A DNA stretch of 64,000 nucleotides from Eledone cirrhosa (lineage: Eukaryota). Below the pieces are notes generated by a model. That model ran no database searches, had not been told where the DNA came from, and saw only the letters and a program-made list of their open reading frames with translations. The position numbers and the translations under genes were made by a program. The stretch is from positions 11,098,001 to 11,162,000 of the forward strand of contig OZ024766.1 in the NCBI GenBank assembly GCA_964016885.1, read 5' to 3'. Within the stretch, counting starts at the first letter, position 1. Every line of letters starts with the position of its first letter. This document shows, one piece after another, positions 25,820-40,048 of this stretch.

Positions 25820-27616
25820 CAAACAGCCACAACAACAATAGCAAAAACAAAAACACCACCACCACAACAACAACAGCACAAACAACCACCACTACCACCA
25901 TCACCAACACCAACAACAACCACCACTAACCCCACCATCACAACAACCACCACATAAACCAACACCACAACAACAACCACCACATAAACCAACACCACAA
26001 CCACAGCAACCACTACCACCTCCACCACCACAACAACAACACAAACAACCACAACACCATCAACCGACACCACCACCAACACCAACAACCAGCACCACCA
26101 CCACTACATCACAAACCACCACCACCACAACAACAACAGACGCTACAGCCACAACACAAACAGCAACAGCAACCACAACAACCACCACTAACCCCACCAC
26201 CACAACAACCACAACAACCACAACAACAAAAACAACACCACCACCACCACAACAACCACCACTAACCCCACCACAACAACCACCACTAACCCCACCACAA
26301 CAAAAACAATCACAACAACAACAACACCCACCACCATCACCACAACAACCACAACAACAACCACCACCACCACAACAACAACAACAACCACCACTAACCC
26401 CACCACCACCACAACAACAACAACCACCACTACCATTAACCCCACCACCACCACCACAACAACAATCACCACTACCACTACCACCACCACAACAACAACA
26501 ACCACAATAACCACCACCACAACAACAACAAAAACAACAACCACCACTACCACCACCACCACAACAACAACCACCACCACTACCACCACCACCACCACAA
26601 CAACAACCACAACAACCACCACTACAGCCTTCACAAGTAAACACACAAGGCATTGATTTATGCAAAGTCCTGTAGTTATGTTTACAGATGTGTGGTGTAG
26701 TGTGGTGGTGTGTGGTATGTGGTGGTGTGTTGGTATGGTGTGTGGTGGTGTGGTGTGGTGTAGTGTGGTATGTGGTGGTGTAGTGTGGTAGTGTGGTGTA
26801 GTGGTGGTGTGTTGGTATGGTGTGGTGTGTAGTGTGGTGGTGTGTTGGTATGGTGTGTGGTATGTGGTGGTATAGTGTGGTTGTGGTGGTGTGTTGGTAT
26901 GGTGTGTGGTGGTGTGGTGTGGTGTTGGTGTGGTGTGGTGTGGTGTGGTGTGGTGTGGTGTAGTGTGGTGGTGGTGTGGTGTGGTGTAGTGTGGTATGTG
27001 GTGGTGTGGTGTAGTGTGGTGGTGTGTTGGTATGGTGTGTGGTGTAGTGTGGTATGTGGTGGTGTGGTGTAGTGTGGTGGTGATGTGGTGTAGTGTGGTG
27101 GTGTGGTGGTGTGGTGGTGGTGTGGTGTTGAGTGGTATGTGGTGTAGTGGTAGTAGTGGTGGTGTGGTGGTTGTAGTGTTGTGGTATGTGGTGTGGAGTA
27201 GTGTGACGGTGGTGTGGTGTGTGGTGGTAGTGGTGCTGTGTGGTGTAGTGTGGTGTGGTGTGTTGGTGTGGTGGTAGTGGCAGTGGTGATGGTAGTGGTG
27301 GTAGTGATGGTGGTGTGGTGTAGTGTTGTGGTGTGTTGGTAGTGGTGTGGTGGTAGTGTGGTGTTGTGGTAGTAGTGTTGTGGTGTGTGGTGGTGGTGGT
27401 GTTGTGGTGTGTGGTGTAGGGGGTGGTGTGGTGTTGGTGGTGTGTGCATATATATACACACATCTGGATATATATGACTGCGTGTATATATACACACATA
27501 TATATATGTGTGTATATATATGTATGTGTGTATACAGATATATATATGTGTGTATATATATATATATATCTGTATACACACATACATATATATACACATA
27601 TATATGTTTTTTTTAG

Positions 27617-27651
<35 letters not shown>

Positions 27652-28232
27652 TATATATATACACATATATATACACATATATATACATACACATACATAT
27701 ATATACACACACACATATATATACATACACACACATACATACACATATATACACACACATATATATATACACACACACATATATATACACATACACATAT
27801 ATATATATACACACATACATATATATATATACACATATATATATACACATATATATATACATACACACACATATACACACACATATATATACATACACAC
27901 ACATATATATATACACACACACATATATATATACACACATATATATATATATACACACACACATATATATACACACACACATATATATACACACATATAA
28001 ACCTGCCAGCAGAAAAGGCAAACATTAAATCATTAGAATAATTATACACATACGCATACATACACATATACATAAACCTACACATATACATACACACACG
28101 TGTGTATGTATATATGTATGTATGTATGTATATGTGTGTATGTGAGTATGTGTGTACAAAGGCCAGGTAAATCTATATTGAATTTAATTAATCATGCATA
28201 ATTAATTTTAAATTTACATATGGCTTAACGTA

Positions 28233-28295
<63 letters not shown>

Positions 28296-28305
28296 ATGTA
28301 TACAG

Positions 28306-28337
<32 letters not shown>

Positions 28338-28443
28338 ATGTGTGTATGTATACATACATATATATACATACACACATACACATATAAATATATATATATA
28401 TGTGTGTGTGTATGTATACATATTCATATATATATGTATTTAT

Positions 28444-28486
<43 letters not shown>

Positions 28487-28606
28487 CATGTATATATGTA
28501 TAAATATAGATACATGTATATATGTATAAATATACATATATGTATGTATGTGTATATATATACGTGTATATATATATATGTATATATGTATATATATATG
28601 TATATG

Positions 28607-28655
<49 letters not shown>
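25820..28655. repeat. Microsatellite mosaic: (CAA/CAC)n, (GTG)n, (TA/CA)n
   Basis: Direct inspection. Confidence 0.95.
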
Positions 28656-28663
<8 letters not shown>

Positions 28664-30342
28664 AGATCCGAAGGCATGGTATAAATTTCCAAACATTTTA
28701 ATCACGACACATGGTTCAATAAGAGATAGATCAATTGTGTGGCCATGATAGAATTGTCTTCCAATCCTTGATATGAGGGAGAAAATTCTACACTGACTGT
28801 GACCGTCTATAGTTCTACAGGTTTGATGCTGTGTTGGTATGTGTATATATCATCATCATCATCATCATCGTTTAACGTCCATCTTCCATGCTTGCATGGG
28901 TTTAGACGGGAGTTTTCCCACTTGAGGCAAGATTGGTTGTCTTGCTCGCATAGGACTGTCTGGCGGGTTTTCTACGGCTGGATGCCCTTCCTAACACCAA
29001 CCACGTTTACAGTGTGGACTGGGAGGTTTTTACCGTGTTGCCTACACGGCCACATTACAGCGTGGACTGTCTGGCGGGTTTTCTACAGCTGGATGCCCTT
29101 CCTAACACCAACCACATTTACAGTGTGGGGCTGGGAGGTTTTTACCATGTTACCTACACAGCCACATTACAGCGTGGACTGTCTGGTGGGTTTTCTACAG
29201 CTGGATGCCCTTCCTAACACCAACTACATTTACAGTGTGGGACTGGGAGGTTTTTACCGTGTTGCCTACACGGCCACATTACAGCGTGGACTGTATTTTT
29301 ACCGTGTTACCTACACGGCCACATTACAGTGTGGACTGTGTGTTTTTACCGTGTTACCTACACGGCCACATTACAGCGTGGACTGTGTGTTTTTACCGTG
29401 TTACCTACACGGCCACATTACAGTGTGGACTGTGTGTTTTTACCGTGTTACCTACACGGCCACATTACAGTGTGGACTGTGTGTTTTTACCGTGTTACCT
29501 ACACGGCCACATTACAGCGTGGACTGTGTGTTTTTTTGTTGTGACACCTACACAACCTCATTTGTTTCAGACTGGATGTTGTGGTACCAACATAACTTTA
29601 CATTGAAAGGGGTGGTGTGGATGAGGTGGGGGTAGTGGGACGGGGGTGTATTTTGTTAGAGGTGCCTACTGACTGTAGTAGGTTTTACTTTGTATTTAGG
29701 TAAGGCGGGTCTTCTCTATTACTGTGTAGCGCCAAAGATCTCGGTCCAGTGACATTGTCTTGGAGAAGTGTAAGTGTGTGAGGTCGGAATTTATATATAT
29801 TTTTTCTTTTCTTTGACCTCGCGTCATGTATGTGTGAGTGTGTGTGTACCCACTCACATTAACTGTGACTGACTGTAATTTTACAGATTTGATTGATGTC
29901 CAGCGTCTTTTACAGCTATTGGGAGACAGAGATTTGATAGTTTTATGACCCTAACTGAGGACGATAGCAGTCGCCGTGTTTTGACTGCTTCATCTTCATA
30001 TGAGGGACTAAACTCTGTGAGTGAACACCGTTAATTTTCTCCCTCGTATCAAGGATTGGAAGACAATTCATTTTCACCTGACAAGATCAGTGATAATCGA
30101 TCATGGCCACACGATCGATCTATCTCTTATTGAACCATGTGTCGTGATTAAAATGATTGGAAATTTATACCATGCCTTCGGATCTTTATTTTCATACAAA
30201 TACTCCGTTTTACATCATCTAGCTGTTCCTATAAATAGAATTGGAGATATACTAAAGCGTGGAGAACTTATTATTGCTAACAAAAATTTTATTGGACCAT
30301 TTGACACAACCAATAATACACCTTACTATATATATATATATG

Positions 30343-30695
30343 AGGCACATGGCTTAGTGGTTAGAGCATTGGCCTTGCAATCGAAAGGTTGTGAGTTCAA
30401 TTCTCAGACCGGGTGATGTGTTGTTTCCTTGAGCAAGACACTTTATTTCACATTGCTCCAGTTTACTCAGCTGTAGAAATGAGATGATAAGGACTGGGGT
30501 CCCTATCATTCCACTGCAAAGTGGTCGTGGAGGTGCCACGGCAAAAAAGCACCCAGCACTCACTGTAAATGAGCTTGGTGTTAGGAAGGGCATCCAGCTG
30601 TAGAAATCAAGCCAGAATCAGTTCCCGTCCCACCCTTGCAAGCAGGGAAAAGCGGACATAAAATGAAATGATGATGATGATGATGATGATGATGA
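30343..30695 (+). mobile_element. Full-length family-1 SINE
   Basis: ggcacatggcttagtggttagagcattgg head through (ATG)n tail. Other copies: 35228-35545 (+), 44600-44941 (-), 62042-62390 (-), 62398-62665 (-), 62898-63248 (+). Confidence 0.85.
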
Positions 30696-31081
30696 TATAC
30701 AATACATTAACAGAGAAAGCTTTAAGCTATACTCTGACTGGCTTCCATCTCACTCAACAAACATTAGGATATACCTTAGTATAATCCCAATTTTACGTTT
30801 GGGGTGCTAACTATATGTATTTTGCGGAAGGCCAGTTGTATTATTTTATATGAGACATAATTAAAATATATCTCCCTTTCCAAACAATTGTTTCATTATA
30901 AGTTTTCTACAAGTTGGGAGAATGTGTCTGGGTTATGTAGAAGCCTGCACATATTCCGTAGGAATATATATATATATAGTAAGGTGTATTATTGGTTGTG
31001 TCAAATGGTCCATCTACTACCCCAAGTATTGAGTACTTTGGAGCGTTATGGTCCACCTGGTTCCTTACCACATTTCCTTCG

Positions 31082-31137
<56 letters not shown>

Positions 31138-31413
31138 CTCTCTCTCCCCTATATCTCTATATATACACAGCTATCTATCAACTTCACCAAATCTAACACT
31201 ATATATATATTTCTTTTCTTCCCATTGTATATACACACCCACACACATATATATATATATATATACATATATTTAAAGGTTAAACAAGGTTCAATGAATA
31301 AATCAAAGAATGAGTTTTACAATAGACTGGAAGCACTCAACAGTGATGGTTTTCCGGAGTTATTAATATTAATTCAAAATATTAACAAAAATAGATATTC
31401 TTGTGATCAAGTA

Positions 31414-31480
31414 TATTTTATTATACTTATTTCAGAGGTACTGAGCTAACTTCAACAGTACGTCCTCATCAGATAAAATA
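31414..31480 (-). ncRNA. Hammerhead-like motif, AT-rich family (inverted paralog of 16141-16207)
   Basis: UAUUUUAU-CUGAUGA-GGACGUACUG...CAGUACCUCU-GAA-AUAAGUAU-A-AUAAAAUA. Confidence 0.72.
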
Positions 31481-31648
31481 AGATGATACATGACATACCC
31501 TGACATAGTAGATGGTTAAGATCCAGTCATGGTAGTGACTAAGATATGACAAAACTCAATATTTATATATCTAAAGATTGAGACGAAATATGTATAATAA
31601 AATATACTTGATCTCAAGAATTTCTATTTTTGTTAATATTTTGAATTA

Positions 31649-31679
<31 letters not shown>

Positions 31680-31736
31680 TATATACACCCTGTGGAATGT
31701 ATATACACCAGCCCCACAACCACTGTCACTACCACC

Positions 31737-31793
<57 letters not shown>

Positions 31794-31860
31794 GGTGGTG
31801 GTGGTGGTGGTGGTGGTGGTGGTGGTGGTGGTGGTAGTAGTAGTGGTGGTAGTAGTAGTA

Positions 31861-31940
<80 letters not shown>

Positions 31941-31980
31941 GGTGGTGGTGGTGGTGGTGGTGGTGGTAGTAGTAGTGGTG

Positions 31981-32037
<57 letters not shown>

Positions 32038-32052
32038 ATAGTAGTAGTGGTG

Positions 32053-32111
<59 letters not shown>

Positions 32112-32292
32112 GGTGGTAGTAGTAGTAGTATCTGTAGTAGTAGTAGTAGTAGTAGTAGCAGTAGCAATAGTAACAGTAGTAGTAGTAGCAGCAGTAGTAG
32201 TAGTAACAGTAGTAGTAGCAGCAGCAGTAGTAGTAGTAGTAGTAACAGTAGTAGTAGCAGCAGCAGTAGTAGTAGCAGTAGTAGTAGTAGTA
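31737..32292. repeat. (GTA)n/(GTG)n trinucleotide tract
   Basis: Direct inspection; source of the poly-T/L/S/V ORFs. Confidence 0.95.
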
Positions 32293-32311
32293 ACAACCAA
32301 GTGTGACCTAC

Positions 32312-32407
32312 CTCATGGCTTGTTACCACACGAGCAGCCTTGGTGGGTAAACCGGACTTGAGGTAGAGATTTATGGCAGCTAAATATTCTCCTTCTCTTT
32401 CTTTCAC
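32312..32407 (-). CDS. IFT172: IFT172 exon 15 (VKEREGEYLAAINLYLKSGLPTKAARVVTSHE)
   Basis: tacag|GTG...GAG|gtaggt, 96 nt; conserved AAI.LYLK.GLP.KAAR. Confidence 0.95.
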
Positions 32408-32457
32408 CTGTAAATATATACACACACACACAAATTTATATATATATAAAACCCTAA

Positions 32458-32498
32458 TCACTGAGGAGGTCACAGAATGTGTGATGAAAGAGTTTTGA
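32458..32498 (+). ncRNA. Degenerate hammerhead-like motif (copy of 15790-15832)
   Basis: UCA-CUGAGGA-G-GUCACA(GAAUG)UGUGAU-GAA-AGAGUU-U-UGA. Confidence 0.5.
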
Positions 32499-32809
32499 CA
32501 ATATATAAACAACGATCCAGTTGTCGAACCAACCAACCAATTGGAAATTTATAATAAATTGAAGTGAAACCCAACAGGTGCATGTGTTTTTATTGGCAGC
32601 ATGACTCTCCCAAAGTATAACAATATATATATATCATCATCATTTTACGTCCTTTCTTCCACGCTAGCATGGGTTAGACGGGTTGTCCTGTTGTGGGCAG
32701 TGTCCGGTCGGCTGACCTTGTCTTGCTCATACAGGAACTGATTCTGGCTTGATTTCTACAGTTGGATGCCCTTCCTAACACCAACCTCATTTACAGTGAG
32801 TGCTGGGTG

Positions 32810-33612
32810 CTTTTTTGTTGTGGCACCTCCACGACCACTTTACAGTGTGGGCTGGGTGCTTTTTTCTGTGGCACCTCCACGACCACTTTACAGTGTGGGC
32901 TGGGTGCTTTTTTCTGTGGTGCCTCCACGACCACTTTACAGTGTGGGCTGGGTGCTTTTTTCTGTGGCACCTCCACGACCACTTTACAGTGTGGGCTGGG
33001 TGCTTTTTTCTGTGGTGCCTCCACGACCACTTTACAGTGTGGGCTGGGTGCTTTTTTCTGTGGCACCTCCACGACCACTTTACAGTGTGGGCTGGGTGCT
33101 TTTTTCTGTGGTGCCTCCACGACCACTTTACAGTGTGGGCTGGGTGCTTTTTTCTGTGGCACCTCCACGACCACTTTACAGTGTGGGCTGGGTGCTTTTT
33201 TCTGTGGCACCTCCACGACCACTTTACAGTGTGGGCTGGGTGCTTTTTTCTGTGGTGCCTCCACGACCACTTTACAGTGTGGGCTGGGTGCTTTTTTCTG
33301 TGGCACCTCCACGACCACTTTACAGTGTGGGCTGGGTGCTTTTTTCTGTGGTGCCTCCACGACCACTTTACAGTGTGGGCTGGGTGCTTTTTTCTGTGGC
33401 ACCTCCACGACCACTTTACAGTGTGGGCTGGGTGCTTTTTTCTGTGGTGCCTCCACGACCACTTTACAGTGTGGGCTGGGTGCTTTTTTCTGTGGCACCT
33501 CCACGACCACTTTACAGTGTGGGCTGGGTGCTTTTTTCTGTGGTGCCTCCACGTCCACTTTACAGTGTGTGCTGGGTGCTTTTTTCCCGTGGCACCTCCA
33601 CGACCACTTTGC
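32810..33612. repeat. SINE-derived 48-bp minisatellite, about 16-17 copies
   Basis: Unit ggcacctccacgaccactttacagtgtgggctgggtgcttttttctgt with alternating ggcacc/ggtgcc variants. Confidence 0.95.
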
Positions 33613-33674
33613 AGTGGGAGGGTGTGGGGGCACATTGTCTATATGCCTCAGCTTCGGCTTGTTCCTGTGGGAAG

Positions 33675-33965
33675 TCAGGTCTTCTGTATTACTGCGTGAC
33701 GCCAGAGGTCACGGTCGTGTGTCATCGCTTTGAGAGGTGTAATTGGGTAAGGTCGGCCTTTATCACCTCATCCCAGGTCTTCTTGGGTCTCCCCACTCCG
33801 CGGCTTCCATCGACTTCTACTGCTCTGCACCTTTTTATGCAGCTGTCATCCTTCATACGCATCACATGTCCATACCAACACAACCTCCTCTCCTGCACAC
33901 AGTATTTGATTCCTCTGATGCTCAGTCTCTCTCTCAATTCGTTTATACTTTGCCGTTCGCGTATA
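33675..33965 (-). mobile_element. RTE-clade LINE 3' fragment
   Basis: Translates ERRLCWYGHVMRMKDDSCIKRCRAVEVDGSRGVGRPKKTW. Related fragments at 34905-35200 (+), 43610-43940 (+), 47580-47840 (+) and 55465-56100 (-). Confidence 0.85.
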
Positions 33966-34876
33966 TTACTATTACATGGAGGCACATGGCTTAGTGGTTA
34001 GAGCATTGGGCTTGCAATCGAAAGGTTGTGAGTTCAAGTCTCAGACCGGGTGATGTGTTGTTTCCTTGAGCAAGACACTTTATTTCACATTGCTCCAGTT
34101 TACTCAGCTGTAGAAATGAGCGGACGTAAAATGATGATGATATCCATCGGATCATGCAGGCTTCGTTTCTTTCTAATCTACGCAAGTCTTCTACAGACAG
34201 CGCATATATATCATCATCATCATCAGGTTTAGCGTCCGTGTTCCACGCTTGCATGGGTTTGGACGGGGGTTTTCCCACTTAAGGCAAGAGTGGTTGTCTT
34301 GCTCGCATAGGACTGTCTGGCGGGTTTTCTACAGTTGGATGCCCTTCCTAACACCAACCACGTTTACAGTGTGGGGCTGGGAGGTTTTTACCGTGTTGCC
34401 TACACGTCCACATTACAGCATGGACTGTCTGGCGGGTTTTCTACAGCTGGATGCCTTTCCTAACACCAACCACGTTTACAGTGTGGACTGGGAGGTTTTT
34501 ACCGTGTTGCCTACACGGCCACATTACAGCATGGACTGTCTGGCGGGTTTTCTACAGTTGGATGCCCTTCCTAACACCAACCACATTTACAGTGTGGGGC
34601 TGGGAGGTTTTTACCGTGTTGCCTACACGGCCACATTACAGCGTGGACTGTGTGTTTTTTGTCGTGACACCTACACGATCTCATTTGTTTCGGCCTGGAT
34701 GTTGTGGGACCAACATAACTTTACATTGAAAGGGGCGGTGTGGGTGGGGTGGAGGTGGTGGGACGGGGGTGTGTTTTAATAGAGGTGCCTACTGACTGTA
34801 GTAGGTTTTTACTTTGTATTTAGGTAAGGCGGGTCTTCTCTATTACTGAGTACCGCCAAAGGTCTCGGTCCAGTGA

Positions 34877-34907
<31 letters not shown>

Positions 34908-35572
34908 GGGTGATTATATGATGCCTGTGTGAGATGCGCGATGCGCATGGTAGTGAGACTTGGGCAGCAAATGCGGAGGATATGCGACAGCTGGAGAGAA
35001 ATGAAGCAAGCATGCTCCGTTGGATGTGTAATGTCAATGTGCGTGAACGACCAAGCATAGATGAGTTGAGAGAGAAACTGTGTACAAGAGGGATAAGCTG
35101 TAGTGTGTAGAAGGACCGTGACAAGTGGAGAGATGCTGTGCTGAATATGACCCGTCCCACCCTTGCAAGCAGGGAAAAGCGGACGTAAAATGATGATGAT
35201 GATATGTATATATATATAGAGAGAGAGAGCATAGGCCTTGCAATCAAAAGGTTGTGAGTTCAATTCTCAGACCGGGTGATGTGTTGTTTCCTTGAGCAAG
35301 ACACTTTATTTCACATTGCTCCAGTTTACTCAGCTGTAGAAATGAGATGATAGGGACTGGAGTCCCTATCATACCACTGCAAAGTGGTCGTGGAGGCGCC
35401 ACGGGGAAAAAGCACCCAGCACTCACTGTAAATGGGGTTGGTGTTAGGAAGGGCATCCAGCTGTAGAAATCAAGCCAGAATCAGTTCCCGTCCCACCCTT
35501 GCAAGCAGGGAAAAAGGGGACGTAAAATGATGATGATGATGATGAGATGAAGATGATAACAATGGTACACAC

Positions 35573-35653
35573 CTGTCCAGCGGCTTCGCTTTGTCCAGTG
35601 TCAATAAGCCAGTTGTAGTGGTGCTGCTTCAGGCCATCCACATTGGGGTGACA
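35573..35653 (-). CDS. IFT172: IFT172 exon 14 (CHPNVDGLKQHHYNWLIDTGQSEAAGQ)
   Basis: tacag|TGT...CAG|gtgtgt, 81 nt. Confidence 0.92.
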
Positions 35654-35771
35654 CTGTAAGGTGGTGGGTCGGTCGGTGGAGCATCGTAGTGGAGGAGGAG
35701 AGGGAAGAGTTACAAGAGAGAGAGAGAGAGACACCATTTAAAACAACAACAATATTTATCTTTAAAAAAAA

Positions 35772-37170
35772 ACCCTTCCATCATAATTTTATGTAAGAAC
35801 CTTTGTTAAGTTATGTTCCAAACACCCCTGGTTCTATGATACAAAACTGTTTCTTTTAAAGTGTTTATATTTATCTTAAAACCTTCCATCATAATTTTAT
35901 GTAGGAACCTTTGTTAAGTTATGTTCCAAACACCCCTGGTTCTATGATACAAAACTGTTTCTTTTAAAGTGTTTATATTTATCTTAAAACCTTCCATCAT
36001 AATTTTATGTAGGAACCTTTGTTAAGTTATGTTCCAAACACCCCTGGTTCTATGATACAAAACTGTTTGTTTTAAAGTGTTTATATTTATCTTAAAACCT
36101 TCCATCATAATTTTATGTAAGAACCTTTGTTAAGTTATGTTCCAAACACCCCTGGTTCTATGATACAAAACTGTTTGTTTTAAAGTGTTTATATTTATCT
36201 TAAAACCTTCCATCATAATTTTATGTAAGAACCTTTGTTAAGTTATGTTCCAAACACCCCTGGTTCTATGATACAAAACTGTTTGTTTTAAAGTGTTTAT
36301 ATTTATCTAAACACTTTCCATCATCATTTTATGTAAGAACCTTTGTTAAGTTATGTTCCAAACACCCCTGGTTCTATGATACAAAACTGTTTGTTTTAAA
36401 GTGTTTATATTTATCTAAACACTTTCCATCATCATTTTATGTAAGAACCTTTGTTAAGTTATGTTCCAAACACCCCTGGTTCTATGATACAAAACTGTTT
36501 GTTTTAAAGTGTTTATATTTATCTAAACACTTTCCATCATCATTTTATGTAAGAACCTTTGTTAAGTTATGTTCCAAACACCCCTGGTTCTATGATACAA
36601 AACTGTTTCTTTTAAAGTGTTTATATTTATCTTAAAACCTTCCATCATAATTTTATGTAGGAACCTTTGTTAAGTTATGTTCCAAACACCCCTGGTTCTA
36701 TGATACAAAACTGTTTCTTTTAAAGTGTTTATATTTATCTTAAAACCTTCCATCATAATTTTATGTAGGAACCTTTGTTAAGTTATGTTCCAACCACAAA
36801 AACCTTCCATCATAATTTTATGTAAGAATCTTCGTTAAGTTATGTTCCAAATACCTCTGGTTCTATGATACAAAACTGTAATAACCTCTGTTAAGTTATG
36901 TTCCAATCATTAGCTTAAAGAGTTTATATTTATTTAATAACCCTTTCAACATAATTTTATGTACGAACCTTTGTTAAGTTATGTTCCAAACACCTGTGGT
37001 TCTATGATACAAAACTACAATAACCTTTGTTAAGTTATGTTCCAACTACAAAAACCTTCCATCATGATTTTCTATAACAACCTTTGTTAAGTTATGTTCC
37101 AAACACCATCTTAAAGTGTTCATATTTATCTAAAAACCCTTTCAATGTAATTTTATGTAGGAACCTACTT
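35772..37170. repeat. 108-bp AT-rich satellite, degenerating toward 37170
   Basis: ccttccatc recurs at 35774, 35882, 35990, 36098 and 36206; dispersed relatives at 54585-55195 and 60135-60560. Confidence 0.92.
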
Positions 37171-37186
37171 TAAGTTACGTCCCTAC

Positions 37187-37264
37187 CTTTGCCTCGGCCA
37201 CAGCTATAGCCTCTTCCCACATGTGCATGTCTTGGTACATCTGAATAGCCTCGTCTATCTGGTT
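37187..37264 (-). CDS. IFT172: IFT172 exon 13 (NQIDEAIQMYQDMHMWEEAIAVAEAK)
   Basis: aacag|AAC...AAG|gtaggg, 78 nt, preceded by a long CT tract. Confidence 0.94.
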
Positions 37265-37335
37265 CTGTTGGAGGGAGAGAGAGAGATGTAAGAGGGAGAG
37301 AGAGATGAGAGAGGGGGAGAGAGAGATGAGAGAGG

Positions 37336-37399
<64 letters not shown>

Positions 37400-37539
37400 T
37401 GTAAGAGGGAGAGAGAGATGAGAGAGGGGGAGAGAGATGAGAGAGGGAGAGAGAGAGAGAGAGAGACAGGGAGAGAGGGGGGGAGAAAAACAGAGACAGG
37501 GAAAGAGAAGGAGAGAGAGAGACAGGGAGAGAGAGAAAC

Positions 37540-37594
<55 letters not shown>

Positions 37595-37698
37595 CACGAG
37601 GTGTCCCCAAAAAATGTATACATACTTCAACAGCATTCTAACAAATATTGCCTGTACAGGTAATCAAAGTGTGTATACATTTTTGGGGGACACCCTGT
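37595..37698. mobile_element. Short Tc1/mariner-like MITE
   Basis: Imperfect ~35-bp terminal inverted repeats (ggtgtccccaaaaaatgtatacatactt / aagtgtgtatacatttttgggggacacc) flanked by TA. Confidence 0.55.
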
Positions 37699-37711
37699 AT
37701 ATATATATATA

Positions 37712-37764
<53 letters not shown>

Positions 37765-37923
37765 ATACATATATATATAATATGCATATATATATATATA
37801 ATATGCATATATATATATATATACAGATATTATATATATATACACATATTATATATTTATATTGTATACATATATATATGTGTATACAATATATATATTT
37901 ATATATTTATATATATATATGTG

Positions 37924-37956
<33 letters not shown>

Positions 37957-38056
37957 ATATATATTGTATATATATATATTTATATATATATATATATATA
38001 TTGTATATATATATTGTATAAATATTATATACATATATATATATATTATATATATA

Positions 38057-38105
<49 letters not shown>

Positions 38106-38227
38106 ATATATATATATATACGATATATATATAATTATATACGATATATATATATATATGTTATATATATATATATACGATATATATATATATATAACTA
38201 TATATATGTAGACAACAAGAAACCTAC

Positions 38228-38320
38228 CTGTTCCAGGTAAATATTCTCTGCTTCCTTCAATGACTTGTCAATAATAGCTAGCCTGGCCCTCACCTGGTAG
38301 TAGTCAAAATTACACTCACC
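38228..38320 (-). CDS. IFT172: IFT172 exon 12 (GECNFDYYQVRARLAIIDKSLKEAENIYLEQ)
   Basis: tacag|GGT...CAG|gtaggt, 93 nt; conserved YQVRARLA. Confidence 0.94.
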
Positions 38321-38624
38321 CTGTAAAGACACAAGGTCATACAGCTTTAGAAAATCTGTCAAAAAAAAAAAACCATCAAGGGAACACTTTTTTGATGAAG
38401 GATTCTTGTCTGAAACATTAAGTCTCTTTTCTTCCTGTATCAAGCATTGAACTAATATATATCAAGACCTGGGATGAGGTGATAAAAGCTGACCTTGCCC
38501 AATTGCACCTCTCAAAGGTGATGACACAGGACCGAGACCTCTGGCATATGCAGTAATACAGAAGACCCGACTTCCCACGGGTACTAGCCAAAGTTGTAGC
38601 ATATAGACAGTATGCATTTACATT

Positions 38625-39880
38625 GCTCTATATATACTATTGTATTTTCACAGTAAAGGCTTTACCTCACATAATATCTCACATAACATTCACATTACTC
38701 TATATATACTATTGTATTTTCACAGTAAAGACTTTACCTCACATAACATCTACATTACTCTATATATACTATTGTATTTTCACAGTAAAGGCTTTACCTC
38801 ACATAATATCTCACATAACATTTACATTTACATTACTCTATATATACTATTGTATTTTCACAGTAAAGGCTTTACCTCACATAACATTTACATTACTCTA
38901 TATATACTATTGTATTTTCACAGTAAAGGCTTTACCTCACATAATACCTCACATAACATTTACATTACTCTATATTTACTATTATATTTTCACAGTAAAG
39001 GCTTTACCTCACATAATATCTCACATAACATTTATATTACTCTATATTTACTATTATATTTTCACAGTAAAGGGTTTACCTCACATAATACCTCACATAA
39101 CATTTACATTACTCTATATTTACTATTATATTTTCACAGTAAAGGGTTTACCTCACATAACATTTACATTACTCTATATTTACTATTATATTTTCACAGT
39201 AAAGGGTTTACCTCACATAACATTTACATTACTCTATATTTACTATTGTATTTTCACAGTAAAGGCTTTACCTCACATAATACCTCACATAACATTTACA
39301 TTACTCTATATATACTATTGTATTGTCACAGTAAAGGCTTTACCTCACATAACATCTACATTACTCTATATATACTATTGTATTTTCACAGTAAAGGCTT
39401 TACCTCACATAACATTTACATTACTCTATATATACTATTGTATTGTCACAGTAAAGGCTTTACCTCACATAACATTTACATTACTCTATATATACTATTG
39501 TATTTTCACAGTAAAGGCTTTACCTCACATAACATTTACATTACTCTATATATACTATTGTATTGTCACAGTAAAGGCTTTCCCTCACATAACATCTACA
39601 TTACTCTATATATACTATTGTATTGTCACAGTAAAGGCTTTCCCTCACATAATATCTCACATAACATCTACATTACTCCATATATACTATTGTATTTTCA
39701 CAGTAAAGGCTTTCCCTCACATAATATCTCACATAACATCTACATTACTCTATATATACTATTGTATTTTCACAGTAAAGGCTTTACCTCACATAATATC
39801 TCACATAACATCTACATTACTCCATATATACTATTGTATTTTCACAGTAAAGGCTTTACCTCACATAATGTCTCACATGA
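38625..39880. repeat. 60/72-bp AT-rich minisatellite
   Basis: Unit acattactctatatatactattgtattttcacagtaaaggctttacctcacata(atatctcacata)acattt. Confidence 0.95.
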
Positions 39881-40048
39881 AATCAAATCTATGAGATTTG
39901 ATATTATTTATTCTGAGAACAATACCTTAACATCAGTACGAGTGGCTAGTTACAGCTGGTTTGATCAGAAAGAGGTGAGAGAATTCTGGCCGGATATGGT
40001 TGGTTTAAATACTAAAGGGTTAAGAGTAGGTAAGTTACACAGTCTTAC

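Noticed and set aside
27995-28040. Short complex island with cag|gt-like motif within the TA/CA tract
   Set aside because: Exons 15 and 16 join in phase with no missing homologous residues, so no exon is needed here.
30343-30415. tRNA-like sequence with A and B boxes
   Set aside because: It is a SINE head continuing into SINE body and tail in many copies, without a proper acceptor stem.
32762-34001. ORFs in five frames; regular repeats resembling a CRISPR array
   Set aside because: This is a 48-bp SINE-derived tandem repeat with no unique spacers and no cas genes, in a eukaryotic intron.
38380-38426. UUGAUGA-A-GGAU(UCUU)GUCU-GAAAC-AUUAA-GUC hammerhead-like remnant
   Set aside because: No convincing stem I and a U3-G8 core; probably a decayed relic, so it was not counted as a feature.
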